A stretch of 64,000 nt of DNA from Lingula anatina (Eukaryota; Animalia; Brachiopoda). The stretch covers positions 20,164,567 to 20,228,566 of the forward strand of contig CM120649.1 in the NCBI GenBank assembly GCA_051362555.1, read 5' to 3'. The position numbers were made by a program, and so were the translations under genes. Below the pieces are notes generated by a model. It had not been told where the DNA came from. It made no database searches and saw only the letters and a program-made list of their open reading frames with translations. Positions 1 to 13,500 of this stretch are shown here, piece by piece (the first letter of the stretch is position 1; each line of letters starts with the position of its first letter).

Positions 1-222
1 TTCTCTTATTAATGACAAAGGACTCTGTGGACTTAGGCAACCATCACAGTTCGTAGCAAGTTTGGCATCCAAATGTATGCAAAGCCAGCGGGTCATGACA
101 ACCAACAAATTACCAATAACCCCCAAACCAAATGTCTAGTCCATCCCATCGGACATACTAGTAACGTGCACGTGTTCGGACAACGCCCATCAATGATTTC
201 TACCCCCAACTGTGGTACTTAC

Positions 223-2883
223 CTATACATGACTTTTGGGCCACTTGGAACCCGGCCATGCACTCGCATCTGAAGCTTCCAGCTGTGTTCACACATTTAT
301 ATTCACAGCCTCCGCCATTGGTCCTGCATTCGTCAATATCGACAGCCTCTGGAATGAATTCGAACAACAAAGGAGCAAATCAGGCACCAATTAATTCAAA
401 AGCATTATCTTATATGAAGACTGTATTTCTACCAGATGGGCGTAGTATTTAAAGATCCAATATTGCCTACTAAACCGTTCTGTGCTCGGAAGTCCCATTG
501 CCCACTCACCGTACTGTGCTCGGAAGTCCCATTGCCCACTCACCGTACTGTGCTCGGAAGTCCCATTGCCCACTCACCGTACTGTGCTCGGAAGTCCCAT
601 TGCCCACTCACCGTACTGTGCTCGGAAGTCCCATTGCCCACTCACCGTACTGTGCTCGGAAGTCCCATTGCCCACTCACCGTACTGTGCTCAGAAGTCCC
701 ATTGCCCACTCACCGTACTGTGCTCGGAAGTCCCATTGCCCACTCACCGTACTGTGCTCAGAAGTCCCATTGCCCACTCACCGTACTGTGCTCAGAAGTC
801 CCATTGCCCACTCACCGTACTTAGCTCGGAATCCGTAATAGCGTTCATGACCATCTGATGTGAAGTGGAAGGTTAAAAAGCGTCCAGCCGAGTTGATCGG
901 ATTAACCGGTCTGCCCCAGTGGCTGTTTTTTAACGTCCCCCTCAGCTTGCTGGTGCCATTGCTCTCATAGACATGGAGATAATCGCCAGCAGCTAAAGTC
1001 AAGACTGTAGTAAACGTCACCTTGATGGTGTAACCGTCTGGTACTACTATGTACCAGTAACAATCCTCGTTGTCCTGGTAGTAGGTGTTTTCACGAGCGG
1101 CAGCGAAGGTTCCAGACAGGTTGTCAAGGAGATACTTGCCATTATTGCATGTCTGAGCAAAAAGGAAACGGCCATTTAACTTTTATGACGTTCACTGTTC
1201 CATATATTTCATTAACAAAGCAAATGTTTTGCCAAAGAACTCTCCCTCAAACACGCACTATACTCTCCCTCAAACACGCGGTATACTCTCCCTCAAACAC
1301 GCGGTATACTCTCCCTCAAACACGCACTTTACTCTTCCTCAAACACGCACTTTACTCTCCCTCAAACACGCACTATACTCTCCCTCAAACACGCACTTTA
1401 CTCTCCCTCAAACACGCACTTTACTCTCCCTCAAACACGCGGTACACTCTCCCTCAAACACGCACTATACTCTCCCTCAAACACGCACTTTACTCTCCCT
1501 CAAACACGCACTATACTCTCCCTCAAACACGCACTTTACTCTCCCTCAAACACGCACTTTACTCTCCCTCAAACACGCGGTATACTCTCCCTCAAACACG
1601 CACTATACTCTCCCTCAAACACGCACTTTACTCTCCCTCAAACACGCACTTTACTCTCCCTCAAACACGCGGTATACTCTCCCTCAAACACGCACTTTAC
1701 TCTCCCTCAAACACGCGGTATACTCTCCCTCAAACACGCGGTACACTCTCCCTCAAACACGCACTATACTCTCCCTCAAACACGCGGTATACTCTCCCTC
1801 AAACACGCGGTATACTCTCCCTCAAGCACGCGGTACACTCTCCCTCAAACACGCACTATACTCTCCCTCAAACACGCGGTATACTCTCCCTCAAACACGC
1901 GGTATACTCTCCCTCAAGCACGCGGTATACTCTCCCTCAAACACGCACTATACTCTCCCTCAAACACGCACTTTACTCTCCCTCAAACACGCACTATACT
2001 CTCCCTCAAACACGCACTTTACTCTCCCTCAAACACGCACTTTACTCTCCCTCAAACACGCACTTTACTCTCCCTCAAACACGCGGTATACTCTCCCTCA
2101 AACACGCACTATACTCTCCCTCAAACACGTGGTAAACTCTCCCTCAAACTCGCGGTATTCTCTCCCTCAAACACGCACTATACTCTCCCTCAAACACGCA
2201 CTATACTCTCTCTCAAACAGGCACTATACTCTCCCTCAAACACGCGGTATACTCTCCCTCAAACACGCACTTTACTCTCCCTCAAACACGCACTATACTC
2301 TCCCTCAAACACGCACTTTACTCTCCCTCAAACACGCGGTATACTCTCCCTCAAACACGCGGTATACTCTCCCTCAAACACGCACTATACTCTCCCTCAA
2401 ACACGCACTATACTCTCCCTCAAACACGCGCTATACTCTCCCTCAAACACGCACTATACTCTCCCTCAAACACGCACTATACTCTCCCTCAAACACGCGG
2501 TATACTCTCCCTCAAACACGCACTATACTCTCCCTCAAACACGCGGTATACTCTCCCTCAAACACGCGGTATACTCTCCCTCAAACACGCACTATACTCT
2601 CCCTCAAACACGCGGTATATGCGTCAAATTTACCATTAACCCTCTGAATTATCTGGATGTACAAAACATCGGTCAATTGCGAATGCTCTACAGCATCATA
2701 TCAATCTTCCGTTAATTCCCACCACAATTTTTGTTTGGTTTAAATCCATATTTCAGTACATAAAAACATTTCGAGACTTACACCCGTCGTTACATCGTAG
2801 TACACGTTCTCTGGCGTTTCTTGGCGAACAGCGGTCGCAGCAGCGAGCAGCAAAAAACTCGCACTTGCATAAACGTACGCCAT
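223..2883 (-). CDS. Secreted CUB + calcium-binding EGF domain protein, 5' part (continues off the left edge)
   Basis: Exon 2883-2782 encodes MAYVYASASFLLLAAATAVRQETPEN..., signal-peptide-like, phase 0. Exon 1152-816 encodes TCNNGKYLLDNLSGTF...DNEDCYWYIVVPDGYTIKVTF...GDYLHVY...LTFHFTSDGHERYYGFRAKY, a CUB domain, phase 1. Exon 348-223 encodes AVDIDECRTNGGGCEYKCVNTAGSFRCECMAGFQVAQKSCI, a cbEGF domain, phase 1-1. All junctions are GT-AG and phase-compatible. Confidence 0.88.
478..830 (-). repeat. 34-bp tandem array spanning the CUB exon donor (10 donor copies)
   Basis: Unit gtactgtgctcggaagtcccattgcccactcacc; ctcacc recurs every 34 bp from 505 to 811. Confidence 0.95.
1240..2620. repeat. 23-bp minisatellite (about 60 copies) in CUB gene intron 1
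   Basis: Unit tactctccctcaaacacgc(acta/actt/ggta). Confidence 0.97.
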
Positions 2884-4616
2884 CCCTAATACCTAGACCT
2901 TGGTTACGTAACATCTGTTACCTTTGCTCTTCATGTGGCGCTAAAATACTGCTTTATCTTATCTTTGTATTGACTTTGTCAGGGCTTTCTGTTTGCAGAT
3001 GGTTTATTTGGACCACATGGACTGCTGTTACTCTCTACCAGCATGGCAGATATTATGGGCAAATTTACAAAAAGCCACCCTGTGACTTTTGACCAGATGG
3101 TAGCAATTAAATCTGCACGCGCGCAGATGACATTGTACCCGCTCTGTAGGGAGCTGCTACAGGAGATTCCTTAGTTAACTTTAGTCTGAAGTAACAAGTT
3201 ATTCATAAGGGGCTATTTTTATCAGTCACAAAGAGCAGGTGATTAAAATCAGAGCAATTAACTGTCTTGACTGCTGTCAAGGGGACTTGGCTTGGGCCTA
3301 GTAAGTGGTAGTGGTTGAGAACCAGCCATGTAATCATCCTTGAGATTTCATCACAGGGCGGCAGATGACTATTTATGTAAAGACATTTTTAAACATCTGT
3401 GAATATCTTGTGAAAATTCAGTCAGTCACCCTGGTAGGGGGTAGCCTAGCGCAGTGTTCTAAGTAACACACACGACATCGACGGGGCAAAGAGATAAACT
3501 AGCATCAGGCTCTAATATAACTGGAAATAGAATATGGTACGTGAAAGTTTAGGATACCCATGGGCTTGTTATCGTAAAACGCTGTTTACATGCCAGCAAA
3601 GCTCTCCAATGTACAGGCATAAAGCAGAAAATGACGATGACACTGCACATAATATTTTTGACAATTTTCAATCATTTGTTTATCATGTACTGCAGGTAAC
3701 ATGCACATTCAGAAAATGTTACTTACGCAGAGCTTTTAGGCCATGGGACTTAAAACTCAATCATTTAAAACGCCAATGTGTAAACAATTAGACACTCATG
3801 TAAAAACTACATAACATTAAGAAAAAGAGTCCAATTAGTCTTGTTTTTGAATGCCAGCTGTATATTGTATAGAGTACTGTACGTATCGTTCTTATTAGTT
3901 TGAAAATAAGAGCTAACATGGTTTTCAAAGAAGTCAGACCTGCAGATTTGAGGATAGAAAGTCACTCGGTTATCAAATGATTGCATGTGTTTCCATTGAA
4001 AAGAGCAGACAGCGCCGTCTGGCGGTGATGGCTACATGTATATAAAAAACTAAAATCAGAAAACTTTGAGACAATAAATGGGCCGCTGACATAACATTGT
4101 ACTAAACATTTATGTTTGTTGAAATAAGATGAGGAAATTGTGAGTTACTGTCAGTATTGTTATGAAATGTTTATGTAAAATTCATTTATATGGTAGGAGT
4201 ATGAAGCCATGTATTAGGGTATGTATTTGTGCAAGTTAAATCTTACCACACATGTCAGTAAGTTGTGTCTCTAAGGAGTTCGATTTCTCAACTTCTCTTA
4301 ACAATCTTTACTAACCATAGCTTTTGGCATTTTTTCTCACGTTTTGTATTATTCATATTTTACGATATATAAACATAGAGACGAGAACTTAGTTGGCGTT
4401 AAATGTGCAATTTTAGACTAAAAAATGGATTTGACCAAGTAGTTCAAATCCATTATTTAAATTAAATCCATAAATACGTACTACCTTAAACGCATTTTAC
4501 TCATATTCAACAAACATCAATCTGTTACTCAAAGCTTTTAATGTTCTGAATCTCTCCGTCACTGAAATGCTCATTTTGTCTTTATTCATGAGTGGTTTCC
4601 ATGCCTAGATCCATCC

Positions 4617-4817
4617 ATCTGGATCGGTCTAACTCCCTGAGGAATCTCATTAAGTTGCTATCAACTAACCGGCTTAAATGTCTGTCACGCCTACCTAATC
4701 AGCTTGGGGGTAAAGATAATTACCTCCTAACAGCTTTACTAGGCGTGACAGACATTTAAGCAAGTTAAGATGACAGCTATTTAGTGAGACTCCCCAGGGA
4801 GATAGATTGATCCAAAT
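4617..4817. mobile_element. Imperfect ~200-bp foldback, MITE-like
   Basis: The ~78-bp arms are inverted copies (gcttaaatgtctgtcacgccta / taggcgtgacagacatttaagc) with several mismatches distally. Confidence 0.6.
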
Positions 4818-5014
4818 ATCTGTGGGAATGGTCCCTAAGTTCTCATGCTATAATGATTTCAGCTGCAAACTTCTCATTTGCCCAATTATTCCATCCATGA
4901 TTTGTTGGGCAGTGATCCAACGAAGCGTTACTTGGGCGTAGTTAGGATGATCGTGTTTTGTTTTGGTGCAACTTGCGTAAACAGTTTGAGTAAACCAGGC
5001 GTTGCGGTTTGCGG

Positions 5015-5147
5015 TTTTTCTTCAGTCAACAGCTAATATTGAGATAGGTTTTACCTCCAATATTTCGATTCCCTGAAGATGTCCTGATAGACATCGAAAT
5101 ATTGGAGGTAAAACCTATCTCAATATTAGCTGTTGACTGAAGAAAAA
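5015..5147. repeat. Perfect inverted repeat, 55-bp arms, 23-nt spacer
   Basis: 5015-5069 is the exact reverse complement of 5093-5147. Confidence 0.9.
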
Positions 5148-5969
5148 TTCACATCATTCTCAGGAAGATTGTTTTTGAATCACGTCTTTTTATGCATGTA
5201 GCATATCTGTTGTTAATTCGTCTTGTAATTAAATTGTCAGGTGATTTTAGTACCTAATTTGTCAGCAACTCAAACTACTAATTCGTGCTCATGCAGGTCG
5301 CCAGATCTAAGTTTTTTTTATATTATTGTCGGAAACGCCTGTGGGCCGCCACGAGTAAAGCGCCACATTTCTGTTATGTATTTGTATGAATAATAATATT
5401 TTAAGAAGATATTTTCGTTATATTTAGTCAAATCTACCAGTACTGTACATGTAGCACACGCTGCCACATTCATATGATGAATTCATTATTAGTTTTACTT
5501 TGCGTCTGTTTTATTTTGTTTTCGTCTGTATTTAATTATTTCGTTAATTTTTCATTTAGTTTTCACCATACCATACCGTATAGCGTGAATGAACAATGTG
5601 AAAAGCTTCCCGATGTTATTTTGTACTTGTGATGTGAGACTTGCAACTTAACATGATCCAACAATAAGAGTGTAAATAGAAAGGAAACCAAACCAAAGAA
5701 CTTCGTCATCTTCTGCAATACAATTAATATAATGTGACATATATGATAAGGCTCCAATAACAAATAAAATAAAATTGTCACCACAGTAAATTTCTAAAGA
5801 AAATGTGTACAATTAAAGGCACCATTTCACAGAAAATAATCCACAACAAAGAAAAGCAAAGTTGTAACAACGGTTACTGTAAAAAGCTGCTAGGAATAAA
5901 AAATTACAACTTATTAAGTAAAGATAATTTTTAATGGTCTGAGCGGTATTACACTTCATTAAATTTGTT

Positions 5970-6080
5970 ATTATAATATAATATAATATAATATAATATA
6001 ATATAATATAATATAATATAATATAATGCAATATAATATAATATAATATAATATAATATAATATAATATAATATAATATG
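5970..6080. repeat. (TATAA)n pentanucleotide microsatellite
   Basis: Direct reading. Confidence 0.97.
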
Positions 6081-7544
6081 CAATCTATTTCATTGAAAGA
6101 TGACCTGTATTTATCCTTGTAGATTATTCAAAAAAGTCAAAACAAAATGTCTGCTTTCAAATTATCACTGTAACATGATGTATAAAACTAAGGTATCCAT
6201 GAGGTGGGAGATGGATTGATATAAATATAACTGTGAATTTAAAAACGTGATGCTCACAATAACAAATGTCTGTTTTCTGGCACACTAAGTGTATTTTATA
6301 GGAACACAGTTAAAAACGTTTAAGTCATATGCACACATAAATAAAAAAATCTGTAATACATAAACATTTTAGCAGGGAATAAAGAATGTATCTTTGGCAT
6401 GGGACTGAAGATGGGTCATTAAATTAACATATCTTAATAATTCACGTGGTACAAATTAAGATCAACAAACTCAACATATGTAAGAGACTAGAGTATCTGT
6501 CATATATGCTCCCTTCTAAAACCTTTAAACAATGAACTTCACAAAACATTGTGCACTCTAAAGAAAAATATATAGTTGGCTGTGGACCTCAATTTCACTA
6601 GCAATCTTATCAAATTCAATAAAATATCATAAATAGTAGTTATTTAACACAATTTTCCATACTGTAGCTTGATGTAGGCTTTCATCAGACTAAAGTTAAC
6701 AAGCTAACCATAACATGTATTTCAACTTGTCTTCAATAATTTCTAAATAAGACCCAACTATCAACAAGCTTATGAACATCTTGGCTCAATAAAATATTTT
6801 TACAGAACTTAACAAAAGGAACAAAGATCTACCCTCTCTGCTTGGTGAGATTTTCCAAGAGATTCTCTGTTATCATCAGCAAAAGCAACCAGCAGGGGTT
6901 CATACAAACCTCAGTGTTGAAAAAAATAATAAAATAAGCAAAAAACAATAAATCCACACTTAAATGTGGAGTAATCTGTAACAACTTACTATTAAAGAAA
7001 GTGCATCTTAATACATCATCCCTATCATATACGACCTGCATAGCATACCTTTCATTAGACATGGGATTACTGTAACAATAATTCAGGAGGCTGACAGAGA
7101 GAAAATGTATATTTATAGAGCAACATCTGGACATCTAGCATTACATACAAGACAAACTGTCTTCATCTTTACCTTTTTATTACATCTAAAAGTAGTTTCA
7201 GTTAAACTTGAATTAAGTTTTGTGTGAAAATTACGTGTCATATTGATAATGAAATAATTACCACCAGTATGCAACTAAAATTCAATGTACTTTAACTTAA
7301 ACATTTTAAAATGTTAATGGATCAATAAAATACAGTAATCAAAAATTTAAAAAAATCATTTCTATGTTGTATACATTCCTATTGGTATGTAATAGATATC
7401 CTTTAGTTAAATAAGTCATATCATCATGGTGAAATATCTGCAAGTATTTATACAGGAGAAATCCTTGCTGAGAATCTTACTTGAGATAAAATACAATAAT
7501 TGTTTTACCAATCACACAAAACACCATGATTAACAAAACGCTTT

Positions 7545-10500
7545 TTAAGTCTCTACCAAGTTTCCATTCAATTTTTGTGTACACGTCTGGTCAGTTTGCA
7601 CCAGGTCTGATGTCCCTGCTGCCAGTTGTTCTTTCTTCACTTCATATTTCCTGGCTACTGGCTCCAGACACAAGATGGTGGAGGCAGTTACCATGGAGAT
7701 TCCACAGATACGGAAAAGCCAGCTGTAAGACCCTGTAGTATCAGCCACCCAGCCTATATTAACATAAGAAATAAATATAACAACTGCACAATATTTCATT
7801 TCATTTTGCTCTGAAATTTTTAATAAGGACAAATTCATAAAAAAATGTCTGAAATATTTACTGCTTTCTTACACTAAAACAGGTCACTGCCTGAGCCACG
7901 CCAGAGTTCCTCATTGAAAGTTGGTGGATTTTAAATTAAAGAGAATGTAAATTTGTTCCTCCTTCCCCCTCAGCATAGCATATGCACAAACCCTAACTTT
8001 AAAGGAAAAGAGTCAGACGTACCTAAAAAAGGTGGGGATCCTACGGTAGATATAGTAGTCCCCAGGAGCAGCAAACCCATGGAGTAGGCCAACCTCTCCA
8101 GTCCTAGGACTTCTACTAAAGTGACAGCTATCACAGCGATGAAAGCCCCGCCAAACAGACCCAGACACACACAGTAAACAACCAGCCCTGGAAAGAAAAC
8201 ATCAAGTTTACATTCTGTGTTACAAGTCATTGCAAGAGAACACCAGATTAACACCAACACACTACATCTCTTTATGAAATCCAGCAAGAGATGGAGAGAC
8301 GGAGTGAAAGACAGACTCTGCACTGCTCAGATCAAAAGTAGTATATATTTATAGGGCACTTTATTTTTGTGTGTAAATATGCAACCTATTTACTTATTTA
8401 TGTAACTGTGTTGCTTACTTCTTTGTGTAACTTTATGTACATGTGTGTATATGTAGTAGTATTTGTGTAACTTTATGTACATGTGTATATGTAGTAGTAT
8501 TTGTGAAACTTTATGTACATATGTGTATATGTAGTAGTATTTGTGTAACTTTATGTACATATGTGTATATGTAGTAGTATTTGTGTAACTTTATGTACAT
8601 ATGTGTATATGTAGTAGTATTTGTGAAACTTTATGTACATATGTGTATATGTAGTAGTATTTGTGTAACTTTATGTACATATGTGTATATGTAGTAGTAT
8701 TTGTGTAACTTTACGTACATGTGTATATGTAGTAGTATTTGTGAAACTTTATGTACATGTGTATATGTAGTAGTATTTGTGTAACTTTATGTACATGTGT
8801 ATATGTAGTAGTACTTGTGTAACTTTATGTACATATGTGTATATGTAGTAGTATTTGTGTAACTTTATGTACATATGTGTATATGTAGTAGTATTTGTGT
8901 AACTTTATGTACATAGGGACAGTCGGTCATCCGGGCACTTTACCTTAGCAACCGGCATCTGGGGTAAAACAAATCGGGCAACATGGCGGATCGCATTGAC
9001 TTCTATGTAAAAGTTGGCAGACTTCGTCCGAAGATATCATACTTCACAGTGCCTGACCACTTGTGTCAGTGAGGATGAGTTATTTACCTGGTCGATTTCC
9101 TTTACAGACCTTTGTAATTAGCCGCTGCACACCTGGTCAAGAGATAAAATCGGCCTTAAATGCCGATTGTTATCTGTGGTCGGGAATCTTACAGTGGTAG
9201 ATTGCAAAGACCCATTTGCTTACCTGGATGAGCATAATATTCACATGTCTTTGAAAATAAAACCATACGGAAGCAACTAATATTATCAAGGAAGGTTTCA
9301 ATTGTACTATAATAACTGTTGATGTTGCATATATTGCTGACACATATGACGGGGTAGATTTTGCAGGCCTACTGAATTGAACCGGTACTGTTTAACTCTC
9401 AGGCACGAACAAAAGTGAAATGGTGGAAGCTTGCTGTTAACCAGGTGACACTACCAACACATTAATAAAATCTAATGGGATTTGTTAAATTTCAAAGATC
9501 CACGGAAAAGTAAACGACTGTTGCAGGCTATATATATAGGTCGTGCAAACGTGACTAAAGACGGGATTGTTGATCGAAACAAGATTTGGTCATAGCTATA
9601 CATGCACTACGAGAATTGTGTATGTGTGTATAGATTATTTTATTATAGATAAGGAGAAAGTCATTGTACCTTGTTTGGTATTTATGTTTGTCATTTGTTA
9701 CAGGAATTAATAAGTAATATTTACAAGAAATTGAGATTGCATCTTGTTTTGGCATGTGACGGTATATCAATTCTTTTAGTTAAAATTGATGGACTATAAC
9801 GTCGAACTTTTTTGTTGCAAGTTAACTGAGGGTGTTATGAAGATAAGATAAAAACGTACGTCAATATATTGACAAACCTGTGAGTTAATGTCTAAATCTT
9901 TAAGTTATCAAGTAAAATAAAAAAAAGTTGCCATAAATAAAGCGACCTTAAATGGTAAAATGACATACATGTACAGCTTTATTACCGTGTTTGTTATTCA
10001 ATTTAATTTTAACCTTGTACGTTTTGAAACTTTTAAAACGTTCTGTCTTCCATGATATTTCGCCAATTTTCGTACCAGAAAAGTGCACACTAAGATTGTA
10101 AACACTCATAGACGCATAGCTGCCAATATTAATACAGGTAACAAAAAGTTAGCAAGCAACTGCCTATGCTGTCCTATTACTATACAGACAAATTAAGAGG
10201 CCATGGGACCGATGACATTGCCCCTATCCTGTTCCCCTGGGTATTGCAGCAGCAGGTGATTTAATCACAATTTGTAGAACTCTCATTCAAATAACTTCTC
10301 AGTGTTGCACATTTTCCAGGCCTTTCTTACGATCCACGTTCTAAGAAGCCATTCCTTTTTCACCAACTTATGTACATGTATAGGCCTATACTTAAGGTGA
10401 ACATATGCGTATTCAGTTTATACCAATTTTATCCCGTAACAAGTTAAACAGTAGTTTATTACCAAGGCCTGCTAACTCAATAGTCCAGGTAAATGATTCA

Positions 10501-13500
10501 ACCCGCCAGACACAAAAGGTCAAGCACTGCCTTTGCGAAATCTTCTGCTGTAAAATTCCCGATCACAGATAACGATCGGCAGTTATGTTAGGGCCGATTT
10601 TATCTCTTTACCAGGTGTGCAGCGGCTAATTACAAAGGCCTGTAAAGGAAAACGACCAGGTAAATAACTCATCCTCACTGACACAAGTGGTCAGGCACTG
10701 TGAAGTATGATATCTTCGGACAAAGTCTGCGAACTTTTACATAGAAGTCAATGTGATCCGCCATGTTGCCCGGTTTGTTTTACCCCAGATGCCGGTTGCT
10801 AAGGCGCGTGACGTCAGCCCGACTGTCCCTATATGTGTATATGTAGTAGTTTTTGTGTAACTTTATGTACATATGTGTATATGTAGTAGTTTTTGTCCCA
10901 TAATTGTACCTTATTTGTGACGGGGTAGGCTACATGAATGAAGAAATCTGAAACTATATAGCAGCAAACTCTCATCTATGTCTTGATTTCAAAATTTGTG
11001 ATCATGTAACAAGACAGATATTGACTTGGGTGTTTTTGTCATCTTGGTTATATTTATTGACCCTGGAATAACTGACCTCAGCCACAGCCAGTATATGTAT
11101 GTAAATTACCTGTATAGCCTGTTACAAAAGAAACTCCAAATGATGAAATTCCAGTAATCATCAAAGTGATCAGCATGATATGATGTGTCTTCAGGAAGTG
11201 ATAGTCAGTAAACAGGCCAATAGAAACACGCCCCACCAGGTCTGCGCCACCTACAATAGATAAAAGAAGAGCTCCTCTGGTGTCGTCAATACCAAGACTT
11301 TTGGCCAGAGCTGGGATAAAAATAAACTGATTAAAGTATCCAAGCTGTCCAAGAACATTTGTGAAGAAAAGGACAATGAACAGTGCATTCTTGAATAAAG
11401 TAAAATCAAAAAGAGGAATTTTCTTTGTCTTTGTTGCAACCCCTTCTTGGAGGCTTGCAAAGGTGCTGCCACCTAGAGTTCTGTGACTTCCAAGTGCAGA
11501 CTGCTCATCTGAGGGCCATTCCTCTGTTGCTCTGGGGATGTTCTGAACAGAAGGAATAAATAAAAAACTACTGCTAGGAAAGACATTGATTTCTGGTGAG
11601 ATAAGATGATCCCATATCCCTCGGTGATTTAGACTTTGTTTCTGTTTTATCTGTTCTGATTGGTTAATTTCTGGATCAGACTGGTGGTGCAGAATGACAC
11701 CAGGTTTGTCTCCCTCAGTGGCAGGTTTATAGCCTACCCCAGACAGAGCTGCTTTTCTTAACAAGTGACCTGCGTCTGACTGCACTCTTGGTCTCGCATT
11801 TAATGCTGAATCAGACTGCAGCGTGGGGTCCCTTTGCACGTCCACACTGTTCCTGACAGGTCCCAGAAAGTTGTCCTGATGTTTGACCTCATCCAGCCTT
11901 TTATTTCTCAAATGCAAATTCTTTTCACCACTTATTTTTATTTCTTTTCCACCATCAGCATCACTTTCATCACGACCAGTAACAAAGTCAGCCTTCTGCT
12001 GGACTGGAGACTTCCTATACATGTTGAAAGGTCGGTAGAGAGCTCCACAAAACACCACATGAAAGCACAATCCACCCAGGATGAGGAAGGCACCTCTGTA
12101 TGTGTAGTTGTCTATAAGGAACCTGCAAGATAGTAATATAGAACATACCTGAGTAATCTTAAACAATACAGTCTTACCTCTGTATGTGTAGTTGTCTATA
12201 AGGAACCTGTAAGTTAGTAATATAGAACATACCTGAGTAATCTTAAACAATACAGTCTTACCTCTGTATGTGTAGTTGTCTATAAGGAACCTGCAAGATA
12301 GTCACATAGAACATACCTGAGTAATCTTAAACAATACAGTCTTACCTCTGTATGTGTAGTTGTCTATAAGGAACCTGCAAGATAGTCACATAGAACATAC
12401 CTGAGTGATCTAAAACAATATAGTCTTACCTCTGTATGTGTAGTTGTCTATAAGGAACCTGCATGTTAGTAATATAGAACATACCTGAGTGATCTTAAAC
12501 AATACAGTCTTACCTCTGTATGTGTAGTTGTCTATAAGGAACCTGCAAGTTAGTAATATAGAACATACCTGAGTAATTTTAAACAATACAGTCTTACCTC
12601 TGTATGTGTAGTTGTCTATAAGGAACCTGTAAGTTAGTAATATAGAACATACCTGAGTGATCTTAAACAATACAGTCTTACCTCTGTATGTGTAGTTGTC
12701 TATAAGGAACCTGCAAGTTAGTAATATAGAACATACCTGAGTAATCTTAAACAATACAGTCTTACCTCTGTATGTGTAGTTGTCTATAAGGAACCTGTAA
12801 GTTAGTAATATAGAACATACCTGAGTGATCTTAAACAATACAGTCTTACCTCTGTATGTGTAGTTGTCTATAAGGAACCTGCAAGTTAGTAATATAGAAC
12901 ATACCTGAGTAATCTTAAACAATACAGTCTTACCTCTGTATGTGTAGTTGTCTATAAGGAACCTGTAAGTTAGTAATATAGAACATACCTGAGTGATCTT
13001 AAACAATACAGTCTTACCTCTGTATGTGTAGTTGTCTATAAGGAACCTGCAAGATAGTCACATAGAACATACCTGAGTGATCTTAAACAATACAGTCTTA
13101 CCTCTATATGTGTAGTTGTCTATAAGGAACCTGCAAGTTAGTAATACACAGACAACATATATTATGCCGGAGCCAATGTGTGAAGTTTGCACTACTAACT
13201 TATCAACAGTTTTCAAGTTGGGAATTCAGTTTAATTACAAAAATACAATTTGTTTATTGGACTGGACCAACAATGAACTCACCTGGACAAGGGTGGAATA
13301 ATGAACTGGCCAACACTTCCTCCAGCCACAGAGAGACCATTGGCCAAAGCCCTCCTCTTATCAAACCAATGACCCACTACAGTCACACTGGGAGCATAGG
13401 ACATGGAAAAACCTACACCTTCAAGACAAAGTAAAGTAATAAATGATATTGTTTAGGACATGGAAAAAACTACACCTTCAAGACAAAGTAAAGTTATAAA

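Noticed and set aside
1149-2647. 328-aa and 472-aa ORFs
   Set aside because: They are translations of a stop-free 23-bp minisatellite, antisense within an intron.
3436-3470. tRNA/SINE-like A-box (tagcctagcgcagtg)
   Set aside because: No B-box or cloverleaf follows, and it is too short to call.
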